NCBI GenBank assembly: GCA_028826165.1
Contig: JAPDFW010000059.1
Coordinates: forward strand, 310,001 to 374,000
Reading direction: 5' to 3'
Source of the DNA: Anaeramoeba ignava BMAN
Lineage: Eukaryota; Protista; Anaeramoebae
Length of the DNA stretch: 64,000 nucleotides
Numbering within the stretch: position 1 is the first letter of the stretch; every line of letters starts with the position of its first letter. A program made the translations under genes and the position numbers. The notes under the pieces were generated by a model that saw only the letters and a program-made list of their open reading frames with translations, searched no databases and had not been told where the DNA came from. Below are positions 54,288 through 64,000 of the stretch, piece after piece.

Positions 54288-55858
54288 ATTTGATTTAAAT
54301 ATTTATTAATAAATTGATTTAAATATTTATTAATAAATTGATTTAAATATTTATTAATAAATTGATGGGAAAAGTGGATTTAATTTGATTTAAATATTTA
54401 TTAAGAAATTGATTTAAATATTTATTAAGAAATTGATTTAAATATTTGGATTTAATTGAATTAAATATTTATTAATAAATTGATTTAAATATTTATTAAG
54501 AAATTGATGGGAAAAGTGGATTTAATTTGATTTAAATATTTATTAATAAATTGATTTAAATATTTATTAATAAATTGATTTAAATATTTATTAATAAATT
54601 GATGGGAAAAGTGGATTTAATTTGATTTAAATATTTATTAATAAATTGAATTAAATATTTATTAAGAAATTGAATTAAATATTTATTAAGAAATTGAATT
54701 AAATATTTATTAAGAAATTGATTTAAATATTTATTAAGAAATTGATTTAAGTATTTATTAAGAAATTGAATTAAATATTTATTAATAAATTGATTTAAAT
54801 ATTTATTAAGAAATTGATTTAAATATTTATTAAGAAATTGATTTAAATATTTGGATTTAATTTGATTTAAATATTTATTAAGAAATTGATGGGAAAAGTG
54901 GATTTAATTTGATTTAAATATTTATTAAGAAATTGATGGGAAAAGTGGATTTAATTTGATTTAAATATTTATTAAGAAATTGATTTAAATATTTGAATTC
55001 AATTTGATTTAAATTGATTTAAATATTTGAATTCAATTTGATTTAAATTGATTTAAATATTTATTAAGAAATTGATGGGAAAAGTGGATTTAATTTGATT
55101 TAAATATTTGGAATTAATTTGATTTAATTTGATTTAATTATTTATTAAGAAATTGATTTAATTATTTATTAAGAAATTGATTTAAATATTTGAATTCAAT
55201 TTGATTTAAATTGATTTAAATATTTATTAAGAAATTGATTTAATTATTTGGATTTAATTTGATTTAAATATTTATTAATAAATTGATTTAAATATTTATT
55301 AATAAATTGATTGGAAAAGTGGATTTAATTTGATTTAAATATTTATTAAGAATTTGATTTAAATATTTGAATTCAATTTGATTTAAATTGATTTAAATAT
55401 TTATTAATAAATTGATGGGAAAAGTGGATTTAATTTGATTTAAATATTTATTAAGAAATTGATTTAAATATTTATTAAGAAATTGATTTAAATATTTGGA
55501 TTTAATTTGAATTAAATTGATTTAAATATTTATTAAGAAATTGATTTAATTATTTGGATTTAATTTGATTTAAATATTTATTAATAAATTGATTTAAATA
55601 TTTATTAATAAATTGATTGGAAAAGTGGATTTAATTTGATTTAAATATTTATTAAGAATTTGATTTAAATATTTGAATTCAATTTGATTTAAATTGATTT
55701 AAATATTTATTAAGAAATTGATTTAAATATTTATTAAGAAATTGATTTAAATATTTATTAAGAAATTGATTTAAATATTTGGAATTAATTGGATTTAATT
55801 TGAATTAAATATTTATTAAGAAATTGATGGGAAAAATGGATTTAAATTGATTTAAATT
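54288..55858. repeat. Intergenic 23-bp minisatellite with interspersed G-rich variant units
   Basis: (TTGATTTAAATATTTATTAAGAAA-like)n with about 10 TTGATGGGAAAAGTGGATTTAAT units. Confidence 0.92.
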
Positions 55859-55890
55859 TCAAAATTAAAAAAAAAAAGCAAAAATAAAAA

Positions 55891-55916
55891 TTTCATTTTT
55901 TTTCTTTTCATTTTTT
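55891..55916 (+). promoter_or_regulatory. TTTCATTTTT initiator-like element upstream of the VPS13 ATG (representative instance)
   Basis: The same motif lies on the sense strand just upstream of most start codons in the window. Confidence 0.5.
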
Positions 55917-55924
55917 AATAAAAA

Positions 55925-58900
55925 ATGCTTCAAAAAATTGTTGCAACAGTTTTAAATAAAGTTCTTGGAGATTTTATTGAACAACTTGATAAAAAACAAC
56001 TTAAACTTTCTATTTTTTCAGGGAGTGTAGTTTTGAAAAATTTAATATTAAAACCAGATGTTTTAAACGCATTACATTTACCAATTTATGTTAAAGCAGG
56101 TTTGTTTTATTCAACAAGCAAAAAAATTTCCAATTAAAAATTTAAATTAAAAAATTTTGGAAATTTTTTTAAAAAGGTTTTCTTGGAACTTTACATTTAG
56201 AAATTCCTTGGAAAAATTTAAAATCTAAACCAGTTATTGTTAATCTTGATAAAATATTTTTAATTGCTGGACAACAAGAACATAAAGAAGTAAATTTTAA
56301 TTTTATTTTTAAATTTATTTTAATTTTTAATTTTAATTTTATTTTTAGTATGAAAAAGAAAAAGAAGAAAAAAGTTTTGAATCAGCAAAACAAAAAAAAC
56401 TTGAAGCTTATGAAATTTGGAAACAAAATAAAGAAGCTGAAAAATTAAAAAGTAAATCAAAAAAATCTGAAAGTGATGATCCAGGTTTTACAGAAAAATT
56501 AATTGCGAAAATTATTGATAATTTACAAATAAGTATTTCCAATGTTCATGTTAGATTTGAAAGTGAAATAGATAAAGTAATTAATTTAAATTAAAATTAA
56601 AATTAAATATTTGATTTAAATTAAATATTAAAATTAAATTAAATATTTGATTTGAATTAAAATTAAAATTAAAATTAAATTAAATTAAATTAAATATTTG
56701 ATTTGAATTAAAATTAAAAATTAATTTGAATTAAAATTAAATTTAAATATTTGATTTGAATTAAAATTAAAATCAAAATTAAAATTAAAATTAAATTATT
56801 AAATATTAAAATTAAATTAAATTAAATTAAAATAAAATTAAAATTAAAATTAAAATTAAAATTAAAATTAAATTAAATTAAATTAAATATTTGATTTGGA
56901 TTAAAATTAAATTAAAATTAAAATTAAAATTAAATATTTGATTTGGATTAAAATTAAATATTAGATATTTGATTTAATATTAAAATAAAATTAAAATTAA
57001 ATATTTGATTTGAATTAAATTTAAATGTTTTAGAAACCTTTCGCTATGGGTGTTACTCTTGATGCAATAACAGCTCAAAGTGCTGATGAAAATTGGAAAC
57101 CAGCTTTTGTTGAAAATAATCCAGCATTTCTTAATAAAATTGTTGATTTAAAACATCTTTCAATTTATTGGGATACAAATACTGAACCTCTTAAAGATTT
57201 ATCAACTTCATCAGTAACAGATTTTTTACAGAAAACTCTTCCAAAAAAAGATTCAAAATCAAATACTCCACATCAATTTATTTTAAATCCTGTTGATGGT
57301 GATTTAAAACTAAGAATGAAGAAAACACCTTATAAAAAAGGTGATTCACTTACTATTCCAAAATTTGATGCAATTACAAATTTTCATGTTATTTCTATTG
57401 GACTTGAAGATGAACATTATCGTTCAATACTTAAATTAATGGAATATTTTACATTTTTTATGAGAGGAGAAAAAGTAGATTTAAAATTAAAATTAAAATC
57501 AAAATTAAAATTCATTTATAATTGATTTAATATTAAAATTAAAATTAAAATTAAAATTAAAATTGATTTAAAATTAATTTAAAATTGATTTGATTTTAAA
57601 TTGTTTATTTATTTTTAGTATCGAAAATTCTTAAAACCTAAAATTCGCCCAAAAAAAGATGATGAAAAAACTTCAAAAGAATGGTGGAGATTTATATCTC
57701 GTGCTGCTGGTTCTGATTACAAAGAAAGAAACTCATTATTTGATTGGAAAGAACTTGCAAAAAGATCAAATTTAAGAAATAAATACATTCCTTTATGGAA
57801 AAAAAAATTAGTTTATAAAACACCAAAAAAATGGAAAACAACTGAAGAACACCAAAAAATCCTTGATATTGAAAAAGATCTCACATACGAAACAATCATT
57901 TTCTTCCGCTCAATTGCAGAAAAAGAAGTAATGAAAGAAAAAGAAGAAAGAGATAAACTAATTGCTCAAAAAAAGAAAGAAATTGACGAAAAACAAAAAA
58001 AGAAAGGAATGATGTCAAGATGGTTCGGTAAAAAAGAAAAAGCTGAAGATTCAGAAGAAGTCAAAAACGTAAATGTTAAATTAACAGATGAAGAAATGAA
58101 GGAAATTTATGAAGCTATTGGATATCAAAAGGATGAAATTGAACCTGATAAAATTCCTGAAGAATTTATCAATATTAAATTAATTATTGGTTTAAAAACT
58201 GGAAAATTATCTTTACTCAAAAAACAGGAAATTCAAAAACCTGCAAAAGAAATCACAGAAATTGTTGTTTCTCAATTTTCAGGTGAAATTCTTCTTAGAA
58301 ATACTTGGAAAACAATTTCAGCAAAACTTCAATCTTTTTCTATTCATGATTTTTGGACTGAAAAAACAAAATTTCCCAATCTTGCTATGCCTAAAATTTA
58401 TCAACTTGAAGAGAGTAAAAATAAAGACAAATCTTTTATTGAAGCCAAAATGGAAATTCAACCTTTGGATAAAATTGCTGATGTTGATTTGAATTTATCT
58501 ATAAAACCTTTGGAAGTTGTTTACAATATGAAGTTTATTCAAGAAATATTAGATTTCTTCACTATTCAAGATCGTTCCTCAATTCAAGAAATTGAAAACC
58601 AAGTTCTTGAACAATTACAATCAATAAAAGAAGCTCAAAAAGCTCAATTATTAAATGCGGTTGAAAATCACAAAACAATTAATCTTCATTTGGATATTCA
58701 TGCTCCTTTGTTTTTAATCCCAGAAAATATCCAGAAAGTTGAAGGTTTACTTCTGGTTTTAGATCTTGGACATTTGGTTATGAATTCAGATCTTCAACAA
58801 AATCGCAAAAAAGATGATAAAAAGAAAACAAAGGATGAAAATGATTATTATGATAAATTTAATCTTAAATTGGAAAATATTCATTCTTTACTTTTTGATA

Positions 58901-61900
58901 ATGGAAGTGTTTGGAAAGAAATTACGTCTCGTGAAGAATTAGTAAAATATAAAGATTTGCAAATTATTCAAGATTTTGATATTGAATTTGTTTTACAATT
59001 ATGCATTATTCAAAATGATCCAAATTACACAAAAATGAAGTAAAAATCTCAAAAGAAATTTCAATTAAAATTTAAAATTAAAATTTAAAATTAAAATTTA
59101 AAATTAATTTCTTTTAGACTTTCTGGTCATCTTCCTGATATGAAATTCTTTTTAACAACAACAAGATATATTCATTTAATGAAATTAATTGATGTTATCA
59201 CAGAATCAGTTAGTCAACCTCAACAACAATTACATCAAATTCATGTTGAATATGATCCTCATAAAAAATTTTCTCCTAAAATTGAGGAAATTGTTGATTC
59301 AATTTCAGAATATCAAGAACAATCAAATCAACAAGAAATCAAAGGTTATTCTGAACTTGTTGAATATAAGCAACTCCAATTAAATTTTTCAATTTCAAAA
59401 GTTTCATTTTTAATAGTTAAAGATAAAAATTTGGAAAAACCACAAGATTTAATACATTTAATTCTCAATAATATTCAAGCAAATCTTTTACAAAGAACAT
59501 ATGATAATGAAATCAAAATGAAAATTGGAGGTTATTATTAATTTTAATTTTAAATTTTAATTTTTATTTAAATTTTTAATTTTATTTTTTAGAATTTAAT
59601 ATTGAAGATCTTTTTATTCCTCAAGAAGATTACTTAATTTCATCAATTGGAAATGAAAAGGAAAAAGAGTTAATTCTTTTTGAAATGAAAAATGTTAAAA
59701 GAAATTCTCCTCATTTTAAAGATATTGATTCAGAAATAAATATTGAAATGAATGAATTACATGCTTTTTTAAATCGAGAAACTGTTACAGAATTAATTGA
59801 TTTTTATTATGGATACAGAAAAGAAAACAAGGAAATTAAACAAATTAAAGAAAAAGAAAAAGAAAAAGAAACAGAAATTAAAGAAAAAGAAAAAAAGGAA
59901 GAAAAAATAATCATTCCAGAAATTAAGAATAAAATTATCAAACAAAAAATCAATGGGAAAATGAATAAAATCACTTTTTCACTTACAAAAGAAGGAAATG
60001 GAATTGCAAAATTTTCAGCTTCACAAATGGAATTTGGATATAAATCACGAGATACAATCCAAAATATTGAAGGGAAAGTGGGAGCATTCAATATTTACGA
60101 TTTAACTTTAGAAGGCAAAAAATATCCATCAATTATGGAATTTGTTGATGAACATCCTTTTACATTTAAAATGGATAGATTTGAAGATAAAAATGATACT
60201 TCTTATCCTGGGCATGATATTTCAATTTCTGTTTCTCTTGATGGAGTTAAAACAACCTTTTTATATCGTTTTCTTTCTGAAATTATCACATATTTTGATG
60301 AAATGTTTTCAATGAGTCAAGAATTACAAAAAACAAAACAGCATTTAACAGAATTAGCAAAATCTACTTTGGAACAAGAATTGGTTCATGTTCAAGCTCT
60401 TTTAATGAAATTTGATATTAATCTTCAAAATCTCTATGCAATTATTCCTCAACAATCAAATTCAGATTCAATTTTAATTGCACAAATGAAATCATTTACT
60501 GCATCCAATACTTTTAAAACCGTGAAAATTGGAGATATAAATAAAACTACTATTATTGATTGTTATAAAATTGATATGAAAAAAATGAAAATTGAAAGTG
60601 GGAAAAATTTATCATCTACAAAAGATTATTTATATATTATTCCTCCAGTTGATCTTCTATTACAAGTTGATAGACTTCTTGAAGAAAATCAAAATTTGGA
60701 AATTCCTCAATTATCAATTCAAGGAAATTGCACAAAAATCAATACAGTATTAAACAAGAATCAATATAATCAAATTCTTGCAACTCTTTCAGGAAATTTA
60801 AGTGAAAATGTTCAATCAAAAAAACCAGATAAAATTGAAATTCAAACTGATAATGAACCCAAAATTATTGAAAAAGAAAAAGAAAATAATAATGAAAATA
60901 ATAATAATGTTAATGAAAAATCTAATCCAAAAACAAATATTCAAGTGAAAATGAATTTTGAAGAATTAGGATTGGAATTGATTGAAGGAGATTTTTATTC
61001 AGAAATTGAATATCAAACAGCAGAAAAAATATTATCAATTGCTAAATTTTATATTGATAATATTATGATTGATTTGAAAATGAAAACAGATTCAAGTTTA
61101 TTACTTAATACTCAATTTTCTAAAATCATTGGAACTTGTACAGCAAAAAGATTTAATATATTTCATTCAGATTTCTTGTTACCAAATTCAAAATCACAAG
61201 AAAATTATGAACAACAAATGGAAATTAACATTGAAATTGATTCTCAACAAAACAAAGAAATTATAGCATCACTTCATTCACTTCAAGTTATTCCAATTTG
61301 GCCTGTTTTCTTCTTTTTAATGGATTTCTTTGTTTCTGAAGAAGAACAGAATAAAAAAATTGAAGAACAAAAAGAACAAAATGAAAAAATTGATGAAAAT
61401 GAAGAAAAGAAAGAAAAAATTGATGAAAATGAAGAAAAGAAAGAAAAAATTGATGAAAATCAAAAGAAACAAAAAAATCCTTCTCTTAATTTTTCAGCTA
61501 CAATAAGAAATCTTGATTTGATAATGCTTGATAATTTCCAAAACAAAAATCCAACTGTTTTCACTTTCCATCAAACTTTAATGTTCAAATATATTGATGA
61601 AGGAATTAAAACAATTCGCACAGCATTGCAAGATATTAAAATATACTCTTCAACACTTGAAACACAAGCAACTTATGGAAAATTAATCCTTAATCCACTT
61701 AATCTTACAGCACAAATGAAAATGACACCCAAAAAAGAAAACCCTGAATTGGTTGATACTTTAATTGAAACTGAACTTGGAATGATTGATATTGTGTTTA
61801 CATATCAAGATTTCAAATTCCTAATGAAAACAGTTGATAATATTACAAAAGAACTTAATAAAAGTCTTGAAAAGCAACAAAAACCAAAGAAAATTGAAGA

Positions 61901-64000
61901 AATTAAACCAATAGAAGAAAATATTCAAGTTTTACAAGAAAAAGAAATTCATAAAATTCAAATTGAAAAGGAAACAAGACCTAAAACAGATTCTATTCAA
62001 ATTGAGGAATTAGTTTTCCAAACTGAAGGATTCAAACTTCTTTTACTTGATGATTGTTTTGGAGAAAATCAAAATCAACCACTTCTTTCAGTCTTAATTC
62101 AAAACATAGTTTTAAATCTTTCAAATTGGTCAAAACAATTACAAGCAAAAATAGGAATGGATATTTTAGTAAATTACTTTAATGAATTTGTTGGTGTTTG
62201 GGAACCAGTAATTGAACCTTGGAGATTTGAAGTTGAGGCTCAAAAGGCAGAATTATTAGAGAAATATGATATTTTCTTAAAAGCACAAAATGTTTTGAAC
62301 ATAAATTTATCTGGAGCAATGATGAAAACACTCTCTTCAACAATGAAAGTTTTGAATGATGAATTTCATGGTAAATCAGTAATTGAAAAAGAATTGGATT
62401 TCCATCCTTATTGGGTTGTGAATAATACTTTGGAAAATATTGAAATTGCTTATGGAAAAGATAAGAAAATGAAACTTAATCCTGGAGAAAAAAAACCTTT
62501 CAAATTCGATAAATCAACAAAACAATCAAATCAATTAAGAAATCCTCAAATTTCTGCTTTTTATGAACATAAAATCACTTTTGGATTTCCTGATTATCCA
62601 AATTTCAGGAAAAATTCTGTTATTCTTGATCGAGTTGAAAAAAGAGTGTTTATTCTCAATAGAACCAAGAATTTTACACAAAAAGCAATCACATCAATAA
62701 AATTACAAAACGGAAGCAAACTTCTTACATTTTCATCAGGAGTTTTAATTGAAAATCGAACATCAATACCATTAGAAATTTATTTGCAAATGGATAATGA
62801 AAAATCATTAAGATATTATATCAGTCCTTTACAAGAGTTTTCAGTTCCATTCAAATATATTGAAAACGGAACATTTTCTGTTCGTCCAAGTAAATTTCAT
62901 GCAGCAATCGGAATGGAAATATTACCTAAAAAACAAAAATTTTCTTTACAAAATGTTGATTTTAACAAACAAGAATCAGATAAAAAACCACAACATCATT
63001 TCAGTAGAATTTTCACAAATCAAACCTATTCAAAAGATGCAAGACCACCAAGGTTCCAAATGAACAGTCTCAAACCAGAATCAGTTACACTTTATTGTGA
63101 TCACACTAAACAAGGAACAAAAGAAGCCTATTATTTTATTTTAAATATTTCAAAACATCGAGATGAAAGAATATTGCAAGAAAGAACATATTGGAAAATG
63201 ACAATATCACCACCTTTAATAATTGAAAATATTCTTACAAAACCAACAACATTTAATGTTTCAAATGTTCGAACTGGAAAAATAATTTCATCAAGACTTA
63301 ATTTTGAAGATACAGCAGAAATTTATCAAGTCAATCCATTACCAAAGAATATTTCTTATTCAATCAAAATTGACAAGTTTACAAAATCTCAAGGAGATAT
63401 TCTTAACACTGAAACATCAAAACTTGAAGTTACCAATTTTGTTGTTGAAGATGCTTTTAAAAATGAAGCTACATTTTCATTTGAAAATACTTTGGATGAA
63501 TATGGAAGTCGTTGTATTGCTTTATTTTCAAAGTTTTTATTAGTTAATAAAACAGGAATTCCACTTATTTATCAAAATTCATCAACAAATAAAACTATTG
63601 GAGGAGGAAATGATATTAAATCACTTGAAAAAGAAGAAAATATTCCAACAGTTTCAAATGAATGGAAAGATAATATTGAGAAATATTCAAGTGTTTTTCT
63701 TGTTGATCCAAAGAATATCAAAATCAAAACATTAGATTCATTATGGAGCGAAAAATCAATACCATTAAATGCACCAGGTTCAATTGGATTTTCTTCATTG
63801 AAAATCAATAATTCAAATGAAAATCAAAATCAAAATGAAAATCAAAATGAAAATCAAAATGAAAATCAAAATCAAAATCAAATTTATGAATTTGGATACT
63901 CAATAATTCCAGGAACACATTCTCTTTATAGATCACAAATTATTACATTTGCACCAAGATTTGTTCTTATTAATAAAACTAAACATCCTATTGTTTTTGC
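55925..64000 (+). CDS. VPS13: Vacuolar protein sorting 13 (chorein) lipid-transfer protein; 3' end outside the window
   Basis: Chorein-N MLQKIVATVLNKVLGDFIEQLDKKQLKLSIFSGSVVLKNL..GFLGTLHLEIPWKNLKSKPV, KIIDNLQISISNVHVRFE, WEPVIEPW, and VAB repeats ISPPLIIENIL, YLVNKTG, FAPRFVLINKT. Introns 56100-56176, 56290-56348, 56577-57033, 57475-57618, 59040-59117 and 59531-59592. The last exon appears open to 64000. Confidence 0.95.
56580..57025. repeat. Intronic degenerate repeat of AAATTA and ATATTTGATTTG units
   Basis: Fills VPS13 intron 3. Confidence 0.8.

Noticed and set aside
54288-55858. CRISPR-like array (conserved G-rich word with intervening sequence)
   Set aside because: The intervening sequences are themselves repeats rather than unique spacers; there are no cas genes and the context is eukaryotic
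3636-64000. Inteins or homing endonucleases (abundant in Anaeramoeba)
   Set aside because: No Cys/Ser-start..His-Asn-Cys/Ser/Thr splice motifs, LAGLIDADG blocks or unexplained insertions in the conserved domains I could read
1-64000. Alternative genetic code or stop-codon readthrough
   Set aside because: Long exons are free of in-frame stops, genes end in TAA or TGA, and ORF interruptions are explained by introns or frame shifts

Overview
Very AT-rich, gene-dense eukaryotic genomic DNA with GT-AG spliceosomal introns and the standard genetic code. The (QN)n/(EN)n coding microsatellites, TCATTTT initiator-like elements and an organelle-targeted MMSDH resemble the anaerobic metamonad Anaeramoeba; this is an inference only. 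Fourteen protein-coding genes were reconstructed by hand. In order: zeta-COP (partial), TMEM181, a BEACH/neurobeachin-like protein, an ankyrin-DH-PH RhoGEF with a ~590-aa N/Q/E/I repeat, a calponin-homology protein with about a dozen tandem PH-like modules, a Furry/Tao3-like solenoid, a catalytically dead rhomboid with a duplicated decayed exon, a bacterial-type arsenite methyltransferase with introns, MMSDH, a 3xRRM protein, a PAS-coiled-coil protein, a ZNF830-like protein and VPS13 (partial). Almost every long intron and long intergenic spacer is filled by its own tandem array (units of 5, 6, 10, 11, 12, 17, 23 or 59 bp), often running from splice site to splice site. Eight frame breaks inside conserved genes are most likely assembly indels. 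No RNA genes, transposons, inteins or CRISPR arrays were recognised.
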